DNA of 64,000 bases from the human T2T-CHM13v2.0 reference genome, Homo sapiens. Position numbers and translations under genes: made by a program. Of the stretch, positions 33,517 through 56,333 are shown piece by piece. How positions within the stretch are numbered: the first letter of the stretch is position 1; the number at the start of each line of letters is the position of its first letter. The notes beneath the pieces are model-generated. The model saw nothing but the letters and a program-made list of their open reading frames with translations. It made no database searches and had not been told where the DNA came from. The DNA lies in assembly GCF_009914755.1 (NCBI RefSeq), contig NC_060936.1. One strand, 5' to 3'.

Positions 33517-33596
33517 CCTTCCTTCCTTCCTTCCTTCCTTCCTTCCTTCCTTCCTTCCTTCCTTCCTTCCTTCCTTCCTTCCTTCCTTCCTTCCTT
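33517..33596. repeat. (CCTT)20 tetranucleotide repeat at an Alu tail
   Basis: Direct count, 80 bp. Confidence 0.95.
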
Positions 33597-33605
33597 CTTA
33601 GATAG

Positions 33606-33761
<156 letters not shown>

Positions 33762-34519
33762 TAGAGATGGGGTCTTTCTATGTTGCCCAGGCTTGTCTCA
33801 AACTCCTGGACTTAAGCTATCCTCCCACCTTGGCCTCCCAAAGTATTGGGACTACAGGTGTGAGCCACTGAGCCAGGGCTAGAATTCTTATTCTTAATAA
33901 CCTTAAATTTTAGTGAAAAATCTCGGAAGCAAGAAATCCTAAACTGTCTATCAGATATTAGCACTTTATTAGAACCTTCCACAATTTTTTTAAAAATGTT
34001 TATTTTTATTACAACGCTCCACATTTATAAGAGCCTTTCACAATTAAAAAAAAAGTTTCTCCATATCACAACCTTCTTAAAATTGGCCAAACATCTAACG
34101 AGTATCCTAAATTATTTTAAGATTTTAAATTACACAGAAGTTTATTTATAGTATTTATTCCATTAACGTTATTCATTTTTAGCAGTTTATCTAAATGACT
34201 TATGAGAACTGAGATATTAGACAAAGCTAGTCATTATTTCCTTGTTAATCATTTTTACAACCTGTGCATATTAGGTGTTCACCTAAGTAAGAAACTTAAA
34301 TACATGGATATTTTCACCAATAACTCAGAAGATTCGGCTATTTGCATTAAACCGACAATATTAAATTGTTCTTATTTATCAAAAAATCATACAAACAAAG
34401 ATTATTTTGTTTTTGGCTGGTTTTACAGTATTATAACCTATTGTGCTAAACCCTGATACCTTAAAATATCTAGCAGAGACAAACATAAAACCCAGACAAA
34501 AATATATGCTAGCCGGCAC

Positions 34520-34600
34520 CTGAGCTGAGATCATGCCACTGCACTCCAGCCTGGGCAACTGAGCAAGACTTCGTCTCAGAAAAAAAGAAAAAAGAAAAAG
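34520..34600 (+). mobile_element. Alu 3' fragment
   Basis: TGAGCTGAGATCATGCCACTGCACTCCAGCCTGGGC...TCTCAG plus A-rich tail. Confidence 0.85.
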
Positions 34601-35193
34601 AATATGCAGAGGCCTCATCCTAGGGTGGGGAAGTCAATTTCCCCTTCCCACTGGCTCAGTGCCCCAGTCCATAGCAGACAGGCCATCATGCCCACCAACG
34701 CTAATTGCAGCCTCACACCAGGACATGCTCAGCACCTGGATCAGGGATGGGAAGAAGCCCCCGATAAGTAGCCCATGGATTGAGCTGGTGCTGCCATCCT
34801 AGAGTGGGGACAGCTGCTGCCTGGCTCTGGCCTGGGCACCATGCAGTGTGCATGCAACCCCGATCCTCTCTGTGTTTGTGCCCGGGCCCCCACCAGGGGC
34901 AGAGGGCAATGGCAAACACAAGCCTCCTCTCATCAACACAAGCTGGCTGCCACCTCGAGTGGAGGGTGGCAGTGGTCATTGGGCAGGGTGGGAGACCAAG
35001 TAGGGAGGATGGGGTGCAGGTGCTGAGAACCCAGGGTGGAAAGGGGAAGCGGGATGTGAGCCAAGTCTCCAAACCCCCATGCTTGCTCCATTGTCCAACT
35101 GGACTTAGGAAACACAAATTAGAAGGTAAAATTAAACTTCAGATTCGAGGCTCTGTGTGGCTACACTAGTTGCACACCCATGAATTCAACTCT
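34601..35193 (-). mobile_element. MER45B/C-like hAT-Tip100 element, left end truncated
   Basis: CTCCATTGTCC..GACTT..AAACACAAATT and terminal TGCACACCCATGAA..CTCTG resemble a recalled MER45 consensus. Confidence 0.55.
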
Positions 35194-35330
35194 GGCCAGA
35201 TAATATTTACATTTCTAGCAGGTTCCCAGGTGACCCTGAGAAGCACTTGATCTTTCCTTTCTTTTCTTTTCTTTTTCTTTCTTTCTTTTTTTTTTTTTTC
35301 AAGACTGCCCAGGCTGGGACTATATGTCCC

Positions 35331-35743
<413 letters not shown>

Positions 35744-36555
35744 TAGGCTTTGGTGAGAGGACAAAGGGAAGGATGCCTGAAAGTGCCCGGCACAGTGGTT
35801 AGAACAAAGCATGCACTCGGGAAATGTTAGCAGCAGCACTAATAGTAATAGTCATAATTATTCTTGCTGCCATCACTTCCACTTTTGTTCGGGCTATTGT
35901 CTCTGATGACTTTCTATTGCTCCCTATTTACCCTCTGCTGTCTTCAGAAAAGGAACTAGAGAAGTACAGGGGCAGGGCAGGGCTAGGGAGGGACACCTCA
36001 GGTCAGAGCCAGTTATTGCCAAAAGTCAAATCATGAAGAGATATGTAAGGATGCTGAGATTTGCCAGAACAAACTGAAAACTCAGATCCTCTGAAACTGG
36101 CCCTGGAGGAAGAAATCTGAGTGTGAGGAGAATATAGGCAGACCATTGCACCCCATTGTTCCCTGGAGATTGAGTGCCCAGTCTGTAAAAGACACATAAA
36201 TATCTCTAAGGGGTGGAAAGCTCCAGGTGTCCTTCAGAGGAGGACAGATCAAGTCCTAGAGATAAAGATCCAACTCCCACAGCCACCCGCTCCTGTCCTT
36301 TCAGGAGTGAGTGGGGAGGTACCACTTTCCCTTCAACGTTTAGACCAGGTTATGACGTCCAGAGCACAAGAACCCTGCACAGCCAGCCACAGAGGCAGGC
36401 TTCTCCCCACAGGGCTTTACCACATTCTAGATTACATGGTCTTGCTTGCTCTCTAGGGCTCACCCTTCCCATCTCACATGGCAGACATCCACTGTTCTCA
36501 AACTCCAGGCCAGGAGACCACAGCCAGAGAAAGAGAACAAGCCTGAGTGCCTCTG

Positions 36556-36722
36556 CAGTGGGTCTTGACTGTGGAATCTTCCAGGATGCTTAAAAAATAC
36601 CGATGCCTGGGTCCCTCCCCCAGGAATTCTGATTTAATTAATTTACGGTACATTCTATGTATCAGTGTTTTGAAAACTCAGCAGGGGTTACTACTGTGCA
36701 CTTGAGGCTGGGAGCCACTGCT
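36556..36722. mobile_element. MER5-family fragment
   Basis: AAAAATACCGATGCCTGGG..CCCCAG.AATTCTGATTTAATT..GAGCCACTG. Confidence 0.6.
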
Positions 36723-37127
36723 GTCCCGCCCACTCAGTTGTAGGATATTCTCTGAGGATCCTTCTCTGAATGGCTGACAGGCAGGGTGAACAACCCCCTC
36801 AGAGGCACCTCCATTAATCAGATGCATGAACTTGCCTTAGTAGCTATCCAGGAAGGTCTTCAGGAACCGCACTGCATGACCACAAGAGAGAGCCAGCCAC
36901 TGCAGGCGAGGTGAGGATGGCCTGTGCACACGGAATTATTTTGGGAAGAAGTGGGAGGATCACCAGGTCAGCACAGGGTCGATTGTAGGGCTGTGTCTAG
37001 GGCATATTCCCTGGAAATAAAATAGGTTCTTGGAGCTGTACTGAGAGCAGCTTTCGACCATGCTAAATTCCTATTAGTAGTTTTTTTTAAATGAACCAAT
37101 TTGCTATTAATATGTATTCTTTGGTGA

Positions 37128-37958
<831 letters not shown>

Positions 37959-38417
37959 AAAAGTGCTTTATATGTTCTGGGTACAAACTGTCAGATATAG
38001 AAGCCTTCTTCTGGCTCCAAGCAGTTGTGCTAGAGAGTGTTCACCAAAGCCTGGTATAGGTGCCCCGTGTTTATGAGCATTTGGCCTGGTCTGCCCTCTC
38101 TTCTCTGCCAGGCAGCACTGCCAGCTCAGGTACAACCTGCTCACATCAGATCAATTCCACAAACATTTACTGAACATCTATTCCCTGACAGGATCATGCT
38201 AGGAACCGGGGAGAATGAAATAAATAGCTCTTGTTTATTAATATTCTTTGTAGAATGTTGACCTCGAGCAAGTTACTTGCTTCTCGATATTTCAGTTTCC
38301 TGATCTGTAAAATGTGACTGTGAAAGGGCCCACCCTGAAGGGTTGTAGTAAAGTCTAAGTGAGTTAATACATCAAAATACTCAGTAGGATGTCTGGCATA
38401 TATTAAGTACCTAATAA

Positions 38418-39161
<744 letters not shown>

Positions 39162-39366
39162 TTATGACAACTGCTACCATGGTGAGACGGAACTTAGAGG
39201 GTAATGGGGAAAACAAGCAATTATAATAGAGTGGTAGGTACTAATATACCTGGAAGCAGAGGTGCCCCTATACAGGATTGGGGGTTATTGAAGGTTTCCT
39301 AAAGAAAACAATGGCTTAGCTGAGAACAAGAAATGATCAAGACATTTCCAGGTGTGGGAAGGACTG

Positions 39367-39701
39367 TGTATTAGTCCATTTTCACGCTGCTGTTAAAGAC
39401 ATACCCGAGACTGGGTAAGTTACAAAGTAAAAGAGGCTTAATGGACTCACAGCTCCACGTGCCTGGGGAGGCCTCACAATCATGGCAGAAGGCAAGAGAG
39501 AGAATGAGAGTCAAGTGAAAGGGGTTTCCCCTCATAAAACCATCAGATCTCATGAGACTTATTCACTACCATGAGAACAGTATGGGGGAAACCACCCCCA
39601 TGATTCAATTATCTCCCACCGGTCCCTCCCACAACACATGGAAATTATGGGAGCTACAATTCAAGATGAGATTTGGCTGGGGACACAGCCAAATCATATC
39701 A
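39367..39701 (-). mobile_element. THE1 (B/C-like) solo LTR
   Basis: TSD GACTG at 39362-39366 and 39702-39706. Confidence 0.9.
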
Positions 39702-41858
39702 GACTGTGAGGAGGAAGAACATTCCAGGCAGAGGCACTAGCAATGTACAGTCTGCAGATGAGAGAGGAATGGCTTGTTGGAGAAGTTGTGGGGTGCTGAG
39801 AGGAAGAATGGACACAGCGGTGAGGTCATCCAGGCCTGATAAGCCATGATAAGGAGTTTGGACTTGATCTAAAGATGGAGAAGTCATAGATCCTGCCCTT
39901 TGAGTAGCTCCAAGTTAAACAGGAGAGGTGGACATAAAACAGATCATTTATTAATTATGTCATAGTTTAATATAATGTGAGATGACAGAGGAGAGACCCC
40001 AAACCCTGACTATGGCAGAGAAGTGCTTCTGGAAAAAAACAAGATGAAATGCCCAGATCAACATGGACAGGTATCACAAGGGAACACTTCCTCTTCCCAA
40101 GCATGCCGTCTTCCCCTCTTCCCAGAGTCTTTTGGTATAACATCATCCTCCACCAAGTCAGAAACCTTAATGTGACCCCCCTTGCTACTTTTTCCCTCAT
40201 CCCTCCCTCACATTCGACCAATGGCCGAGTCCCACTGAGTTGTTGCCTCTAACTCTGTTACTCCCAATTTCCCTAGGCAAGGGCTTCAGCATCTGTTCAA
40301 GGGATGCTTTCAGCAACTGGGTCTATCTATCTGGATTTGCCCTGATCAAATTCCCTTTCCACACGGTGACTGCCAGAGTGTCTTCCAGCACTTCCAACAT
40401 GTCAATCCAGTCATGTCTCTCTCATGGGCAAAACTATTTAGTTCCACAACATCTTGCTGTGTCTGAATTTCTATGCATCCATAGATCTATTGAGAGCTAA
40501 GAATGAATGTGTGTAAAATATCTTTACCTCCTCTGGGGAACTGTAAGAGACCTCTTTTTAATCCTATTTTTAGTATTAAAGATATGTCAATATCTTTTCT
40601 TATGTGTGATTTCACTAAACCTGAACTATCCTTTCTTGAAAAACCTGAATTAAGGTTGGAAGGTGTGTCTAGACCTTCTGGTAGTAGGGATTAAAAAAAA
40701 TAAATATATAAATATGAATTCTTAACTTCCTTATTTGTTTTCCCAAGGTGAGCACCATATAAATGCTAAATTATTGGTTAGTAGGAAGGAAGGTTATTCC
40801 GTGATGGAGTCCTCCATATACACTGACCTCTTAGCCTGAATAATGTAAGATTTCAGCATTTTCCCCCTTCTTTGTTCTTCTCTAAGGTGGTTCTTTTCTA
40901 CTTTTGCTTTTGCTTTTAAGAGTCAGGTTTATTAGAGACTAATTTTAATAAAATTTACCACTGTACAGTACATAATTCAGTAAGTATTGTTGATTGTCTA
41001 CAGTCATATATCTTTGTGAAGATATAGAATACTTCCATCAACTCCAGAAATCCTCTCATGCATCTTTGCAGTTGATCTCCTCATCCACCCCCATTTCCTG
41101 GCAATAGCTGATCTGTTTTCCAGAATGTAACATTAATGAAATCATATAAAATATAGTCTTTTGTTTCTGGTTGCTAATAGTATATTGGTTTTGAGAATAA
41201 TTAATATTGTTGCATGAATCAGTAGTTTGTTTTTTTCCATTGCTGACTATTATTCCATGGTCTGAGTGTAGTGGAATTTGTTTATCCATTTCCCTGTTGA
41301 TGGACATTTGGGCTGTTTCCAGTCTTTAGCTATTATGAATAAAATTGTAATTGTAATGTGAATACAGGCCTTTGTGTAGACATATGAATTCATTTCTCTT
41401 GCATAAATCCCTGAGAGTGGTATTGCTGGATTATATAGTAAATGTGTATTTAATTTTATAAAAACTGCCAAACTCTTTTAAAGTGGTTTTATCATTTTTC
41501 ATTCCCACCATCAGTGTAAGAGAGTTTCAGTTACTCCACATGCTTGTCAATGTTGGATAATGTCACTCCTTGTAATTTTAGACATTCTAGTGGGTGTGCA
41601 ATGGTACTTTGTCATATCTTAATTTACGTTCCCCAAAATTCAAATTAGCATCTTTTAATGAACAGATTTTCCATTTATATATATATTTGTTGGTGAAAGT
41701 GTCTGTTCAAATATTTTGATCATTTTTTAGTTCAATTTAAAAAATATTTTTATTTTTCAGCTGTCAAAGTTCTTTATATATTCTGGATACAAGTTATCAG
41801 ATATAGAATTTTATAAAATTTTTCTGTCTGTGGCTTTAAATTTTTTTCTTATCTTTTT

Positions 41859-42174
<316 letters not shown>

Positions 42175-43443
42175 TTATCTTTTTATAGCAGCTTTATTGA
42201 GATACATTCATATGACATCTTTTGAAGAGTAGAACATTTTAATTTTGATGAGGTCCAATGTATCAGATTTTTCTTATATGGTTTGAGATGTTTGTGTCCT
42301 TTCTGAGAAAGCTTTGCCTAATTCAAGATCATATAATTTTATCCTATGTTTTCTCAGAAGTTTTATAATTTTGACTTACATGTAGGTCTATAATCCATTT
42401 CAAGTTAATTTTTGTATATGGTATGAAGTAATGATCAAAGTTCATTTGTTTTGATGTATGAATGTCCAATTGTTATAGCATCATTTGTTGAAGAGCTATC
42501 CTTTCTCCATTGAATTACCTTGGCACTTTTGTTGAAAATAAATTGACTCTATATTTGTGGTCTATTTCTGGATTCCCTTGTCTGTTCCTTTGGTCTATAT
42601 GTCTATTCTTACACCAGTATTGCACTGTCTTGATTCCTGTAGCTTTAGAATAAATCTTAAAATCAAATAGTATGATTCTTCCAACTTTGTTATTCTTTTT
42701 CAAAATCATCTTTAGGTCCTTTGCATTTTTATATAATTTGTTAATTTTTACCCCCAAAAAAGGCTGTTGAGGTTTTGTTTAGGTTATGTTGAATCTAAGA
42801 CTAATTTGGGGAGAACTGACATTTTAGCAATGTTGACTCTTCCAAGCCATGAGCATAGTCTGTCTCTTTATTTATTCTACCATAATTTCTCTCAGTATTT
42901 AAAAACATTACTTCAATGTAGAGGGCTTACATTACTAATTATTTCACGTTTTAAAAATTATTATAAATTGTGTTTTTAACATTTTAAATTTCCAATTGTT
43001 TCTTGCTAGTAAATAGAAAAACTATTTTTTATATTGACGTTTTCATATCTTGAAGCCTAACTAAATTTACATATTTTATTTTTCTAGCATTGGCTAGAAC
43101 CTTAGGGGGGAAGCATTTGATTTTTTACCATTAAAAATGATGCTAACTGTAGGTTGTTTATAAATAAGATTTATCAGATTGAGGAAGTTTCTTTCTATTC
43201 CTAGTTTGCTGAAATTTTTTTATGAGGAATGTATGTTGAATTTTATAAACACTTTTTTTGCATGTATTGAGATAATTATATAATTGTATTATTTTAGTAC
43301 ATTGAGATCAAGAGTTTCAGTGATTGACTTTAAATGTTGAACTAACCTTGCCTTCCTAGAATATGCCCAAGTATGTCCTTTTTAAATATTTCTGGATTCA
43401 GTTTGCTAATATTTTGTGACTATGTTCATGAGAGATATTGGTT

Positions 43444-47830
<4,387 letters not shown>

Positions 47831-50400
47831 ATGAGAGATGCTGGCTTATACTTTTCTCTTCTGTCTTGCCTGTCCTTGGTATGACAGACTACATAATGTT
47901 GGCCTCCTGATACAAGTTGTTAAATGTTCTCACATCTCCGATTTATTTTTTTTTTAAGTTTATGTAGGGTGGATATTATTTTTCCATGAAATGTTTGGTA
48001 TAATTCATCAATGAAGGCTTCTGAACCTGGAGACTTTATTTCATTAATATAAATAGGGCTATAAAATTAGCCACTTGTTTATTGTTTGTTTGTTTGATTA
48101 TTTATTTATTCTGAAGGTACATCAGCAATCTACTTCTTCTTGAATAAGCTTTGGTAGTTTGTGTTTCATTTTGTGGTGGTCTTTGTGTGGGATGTTGGCA
48201 TATAACTATCTTCTGACTTCCCAGTGCTACAGTGATCATCTATGTATTTATTCATATCATCTTATGCTATTGTTATTTTTGTCCATTCAATGGCTGGAAT
48301 CAATAGATCACAATATAATCTGTTGTCAATGAAGATGTGGCAGGGGGATCTTTGTGGTTGTGGCAAAGTAGAAGGCATTGTAGATCTTGGGCTAAAAATA
48401 TAAGAAAGACAAGGATTTGCCTGATGGCTTTGTCAGACAAATTTGCCTCTTTTAATTAGTATGGGTTTTAAAAATGGGAGAAAAATTTAGAAAAGAGTAA
48501 TTGGCTCAGAGAAACTTGTAATAAAAAAACACTCCTTCCCTGCAAGCATTGGAAAAGCCAGAGAAAAGCCAGATAAATTGGCAGGACTTACTAGCATGAT
48601 GCTTTCTCTCTCTCTCTTTTTATTTATTATTATTTTTTGGCATTGTATAAGAAACAAGACTTGACTTTAGTATGTATTTTAGAATTGCTGGCACATACTG
48701 AAATGTAACATTTTTTTCGATTGGGAGTTTTTGATAACAAAACAGACAAAAAAACCAATTTTCCTCAATTCTTTATCCCTGTCCTATGTTTAAATATTGT
48801 AAATCACATTTGAGAATATTATAGTTACATTTGTTGGAATAGTACACAGTGATTTGAATCACCTATTTTAAAAGCAAGTTACTTGCCAAGCTACTTTTTC
48901 ACTTAAAATGTTACTTTCATTTATATTAAACCCTATATATACTGTTTTTCTAAGGACAATTTGTTTACAAGTACAGAATAAACTACTTAATGTACTTTGG
49001 TTTAATTTACTTACATGTGAGGTAAGTATTTTTTTCTACCATCATCAAAGGGTTGCCACAAGAATAAAATCAGGCATATGCTATAATATGTTGGTGAAGA
49101 GAGATTAAAACCATAAGTAAAGGCAAAGTGATAAAGGCAAACTGATATTATTATATCACATTCCTTTATGGTGGGACATGATAATTATGACTGTAAATTT
49201 AACGCGATAGGATAGCAGAAAAGGCCTATATGTGTGATCAGCTGGCCTTTCCAGGTGGAATGTATATAGAAGTTGTCCTGTGGTTTGAGGAAGCAGCTAC
49301 TATTTGCAGAGCCTCCCTCATGTGGTTCTGCCACAAGCCTTGGCTAAAGGTAGCCTCACCCGTGATTGCCAGCCTGCAGGTTGGTTCACTGGGTGCTGCT
49401 GCTTCTCAGAATTCCGTGACTAAGCCAGGAGTGGTGTTTGTTCTTTACTGATAGGTATTCTTCTGCCTGCTCTGCTTACCACATCATCACACCAGGCCTT
49501 GACCTTTGTGAACCTCTCTGGAAAGTCAAACATACCTAGAGGCTGACCAGGCTTAGGTCTAATAACACCATCAACTGCTCTTTGCAAGGTCATGGAAAAG
49601 AGGTTGGAAGTGATTCAAATGAGAAGGAAACTTAATAGCTCATCCAGTCCAAATTTCTCATGACATGGATGGGAAAATAAAAATTCAGAGACGTTAGGGG
49701 GCTCCATCCGGGTCCCCTCTACTGTGATGCCTTTCTGGACATCCCAAGGTGATTGCAGTGGTGCTTCTGGCTGTTTGCAAAACCATTCTGTGCACTCTCC
49801 CGTGACTTCTCACCCTTTGTTAGAATTATCTGTTGATGGTTTCTCTCTCACTAGAACTAGACCTCTTGAAGAGGAAGGCTGAGTCCCCCTAGTGGGTCCT
49901 ACGAGGCCTGGAACATTGTAAGTACTCATGCATGTTTGTTGACTTGATGAATCTCTCTCATGCTACTAGGTACTATTGTTTTGGGGCCAGGCTCATGGAG
50001 ATTAAGCAGGAACTTCAAGAAAGCCAAGCTCTTCTTGGTAGCACACCAGAGTCTGAAGGGTAAGCCAAAGAGTAAGCTGGGAAGCACATCCAAGTAGGGG
50101 AAGATAAAAAAAAGTGGATCCAGGGCAGAAAGAAGGTGGCAAAAATGTTTCGGTTCCCTCACTTACAGACGCATTAGATTCATTTATTTATTTATTCATT
50201 CAATAACTTTATATTGGGCCAGAAGCTGTTGTAGGCACTGAGGATAGAGGGGTGAATATAACAAAGTCCCTGCTTATATCACAGTGGGAAGAAAGGCAGT
50301 AAACAAATAAATGAGTAACCATTATATGGTCAGAGAAGAGTAAAGTGTTAGGATAAAAAAATAAAGCAGGAGGAAGAAATGGTCACTGGTGGGGCTTCTA

Positions 50401-50993
<593 letters not shown>

Positions 50994-53199
50994 TCAAGGC
51001 AGACTTTTATTTCTCAGGGTTATCTTAATAAAGACCTTCCACTCCCTTAGAACAAGTGTTCTCACCTGAGGTCAACAGACCCATGCGGATTTAGAGTGAG
51101 GTGTCAGGTTGTCAATCAAGCCCCCAAATCTGTGCATCTAGAACATTTTTCTGCAGAGAAAGTCTTAGGTGTAGCCTGCCAATAAATGCCTGCAGAGCTA
51201 GGTGGGAATATAGAAGAATGAAATACATCAGGTGTGAGAACCCAGTCTCTTAAACACAGAGGAATATTATTTTCTTCCACAGAGAAATATGCCTTCTCCC
51301 TTTTATTCTGACATATTCAGCCTTCTGGGTCTGTCTTTTATTTCGTCACTTCTGGTAGAGACTTGGGTCCAAATAAATATCTCTCCACCATAAGAAACAG
51401 TAATGCAAGGGTGATGACAAAAGGCAAGCAATGCTCAGTGTTGGGGAGACCTTGGGGCGGGTGAGGATTGGGCAAACGGGAGGGCACATGCCTTCTAAGG
51501 CAGGCACTCACTCCTCTGCTTCAGTTGATCACTGCCTTGAGGAAATGGGACCCAGTATTGACAGACCTTATGGCTGATTAAGAGAAAGCAGAAACCTGGT
51601 TCTCTTTGGAGATGAAATCTCAATTTAGTTCACATTTTCTTTAGAGAATCCTGGCATACCAACCAGAACACTCTGAGTGAGTCAAATATGGTCCCGATAG
51701 GCAGGTGGTTTGTGACCTCTGGTCTCTAGATTCTACCGGAATTTCTGATTGATTCATGTCTTAAATAAGATTGATGACTGCTGTCCTAGAACATGTTTCC
51801 CCTCCATTCTGTGGGCGGAAAGACAGACGGCATGGACATTTACCATGTTCTTGGGTCCCAGAAGTCCAGGAGAAAGCCATCTGCCTCACTGCTCCCTGCC
51901 CCATCCTGGGCCCAGAGCACTAATGCCAGTGGCATCAGCTCTGCTCCTCTCCCTCTTCCTTTGTCTACCAGTGAGTGTCCTCCATTATGGGGATGGAGCA
52001 AGCAGTATATTGTAAAAGGGACTTAGTGCTGAGAAGCACCAGAGGAAAAGTAGGAGATGCTCATTAAAGTGGAAGGCAGCTCTCTTCTTCCCCTTCTCAA
52101 TTCTGCATTCTGCTCTCTCCCCTAAATGCCCCCCACCCAACCCCCAAACTCTTGAGAATGCCCAAATCCAACCAGGTCAGGAAAAAATAAACTCACTGGC
52201 TCCTGTATTGAGAAGTCCAAGTGTGGTGCGGCTTCCGGCATGTGGGATTCAAGCACTCAGGAATTTCTCCCTCTCACCCAACCTCAGCTCTGCTCTCTTC
52301 TCTGTTGCCTTTGTTCTTTGACAGGCTCCCTCCAAGTGGTGGAAAAGTTGACCTGTATGGTCATTATCACTCATCATTTCAGAAGGGGAGAGCCTGCTTC
52401 TCTTGTAGCATTTCCATCAAATCCTGAAAATAAAAATAATCTGGTTGGTTCTACTGGACTTGTGATACTGGACAAACCTCTATGTCCAAGAGCTCGAGTC
52501 ATTCCCATTGGCTCACCTGGGCCACACACTCTTCGTTGAGTGCATCCCAGGATCACAGGGAGTCTTGAGGGTGCTGTGTGTGGTGGTGGTGGTCGTACGG
52601 AGATGGCAAACTCTAAAAGGAAGAGATGGTGGATACTTAAAGCCTACCTTCTGCCCACAGGTGTGTCAGACACAATCTCCAAAGGCCATCCTATTGTTAC
52701 CCTATCCCCCAAACAAACACTGAAAAACTCTCCTGGCAATTTGGCAGTAGCTCAGTGTGGAGCATTTGTTAATTCCAGTACTAGAATGTCTGCATTGCAA
52801 AACCAGAAATGTCCAGTTCTGGTTTGGCACACAGAAGAGATTTTCAAGCCTTGGCAACTCCTCAGTGCAGGCAGTGGAGGAAATGCTCCAGCTTTGTGAA
52901 AATCTTCTCCCTTCGCTCCTCATGGAGAATAACCGTTCATCACTGCAGCCATGAATCTGCCACACTGAATAGATATGGTCTGAAAATCTAGGAACAAATG
53001 GAATCACTTTGGAAACCTGTAAATTTTAAGGCCGAAAGGGCGCTCCAGGGAACCAACTACATGAAGTTCTCTGGAAGCCACAGGATGGGAGGTTTGGTGG
53101 GGGTGGAGGTGACCATTGAATTTTACATAGGCAAATGTAAGACAATCTTATCCATAGACAGAAAAATCCAAACTCACCGAGAGTAAAAGGATGACAGTT

Positions 53200-54614
<1,415 letters not shown>

Positions 54615-55279
54615 ATGCTCCCTCCCCGCCCTCCGCCAGTTTTAGGAATAAATACCTTTTTATTTAAGCTAAAGTGTGGGTACACCCTTCCTCTAGGATT
54701 CTCCATCAAGGAATAAGAAGCCATATTAGGACAATTTAGAGGGCAGTTAACCCTAGTAGACATAGTGGTTCTTAAAAGGCTTGGGGCCTCAGACTGTACA
54801 CAGGCTTCACATGGAATCTGATTTGTTCCTTTATCCCAGTCCCTCACCCAGAACCCGAATCTAGCCCTTCATGTTATAAAAAGGGCCAGAGGTCCAAAGA
54901 GGGTAAGTGCCTTGTGCAAAATTATTCAACTACTTTGTAGAGGATTTTAACTAGGGTTCAGTTAGCTCCGCCCACACTATAAAAGGCTCTTTCTAAAAAA
55001 CGAAACATGATTAAGGGCACACGGCTCCAGCGTTAACAAAGCTCTTTGTTAGCTGGGAAATGCCCCCCTCCCCGACTCATCTGCTTATCATCTGCATAGA
55101 ATTATGTACTCAAAAGCAGGAAAATTATTGAGAAAACCATTGGTCCCCGGCTGCAGACCCCAAGGTTGGGAGCTGGTTCCCGTTTCCTCCCAGAGCCGGC
55201 AGGGGGGGCACCAGGCAAAGTTTGCAAGACGCGCCTCCCTCCCACCCCTCCCCCTTCCTCGCCCAACTTCCCATAGCCG

Positions 55280-55651
55280 CGGCCTCAACTAAAAGTGGCC
55301 ATTGACCTTTCAAGCTTTCGAGCAGTGATGCAATAGAATAGTATTTCAAAGAAAAATGCTTATCGAAATTTTGGATCCGGTTTTCCCGTGATTGTTAAGG
55401 GTTTCTTTTAAAAAGTAGGTCACATTTCAAGTAGGTCATATTTCGGGGGCGGGTGCGCAGACAAGGAGATGAGTTTCCACTAAGGCCAGGGGGCCTCCAA
55501 CGGGGTTGGAGGTGAGAATCCCAGGTAGGGTAGAGGTGCCGAGATCCTTTCGAATCCCAGCCCTGGGGCGTCAGCCCTGCAGGGAATGGCAGAGACACTC
55601 TCCGGACTGAGGGAACCGAGGCCAGTCACCAAGCCCCTTCCGGGCGCGCAG
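55280..55651 (+). other. SOCS2: SOCS2 distal 5' UTR exon (start approximate)
   Basis: Strong donor CAG|GTAAGG at 55652 at the 5' edge of the CpG island. SOCS2 is known to have alternative 5' UTR exons. Confidence 0.65.
55303..55438. promoter_or_regulatory. Monomeric nuclear-receptor site cluster (NBRE plus two ROREs)
   Basis: TGACCTTT (AAAGGTCA on the minus strand) at 55303-55310. AAGTAGGTCA at 55413-55422 and 55429-55438. Confidence 0.5.
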
Positions 55652-56333
55652 GTAAGGGCGCCCCCTTAGCAGCCGGCGCAGGTGACCCGGGCGGGCCGCC
55701 GGGTCTACCGGAGACGTTGGAGCAGAGGGGAGGAGGAAGGGAGGAGCCGGGTGGGTGCGGGTGACAAGGAGCCGGAGCGCCAGGGGGAGGGGACTAAGGA
55801 CGGCCGGCGCCGCTTAAGGAGGCGCTGCTCTCCCGCTCGCTGCCTTCCAGGACCTGATCAAGGGGACCGCCTCCGGTCCCCGGCCGTGGGCACCGGGACG
55901 AGCACGGCGTCCCCACGCCATCGATGTGTCTTAGAGCCGGAGAGTCTGGTTTCCGAGGACCCACAGTCGCTCCTGCACGCCCACCCCCCGCAAAAGTGCG
56001 GCCAGGAGGGTCGCATCGAGGGGGCGCCGCCGGGATGTTTAGAGGAACCCACCCCCGTGGCAGGCCAAGGGCCAAGGATCGCTATCCTTCCCTGAACCCG
56101 GGCGCTCAGCTGGCCCGGGTAGGGGGCAGGCTCCGGCCGCCGAAACGGGGTTGGCTGTAGCCGGTGGCCGGGGAGATCTCTAGCTTGCGCCCGAGCACCC
56201 CGGGGTGTGGGGCCAGAGGCAGGCCGACCCCGGCGTGCACACCGCCCGCCCTGCACCCGAGCGCTCTCACCCGGTCTTCCCTGAAGCCTGTGTATTGCGA
56301 CCGAGCCTCTTTAAAGCAGTAGCGGGGCCCGCG

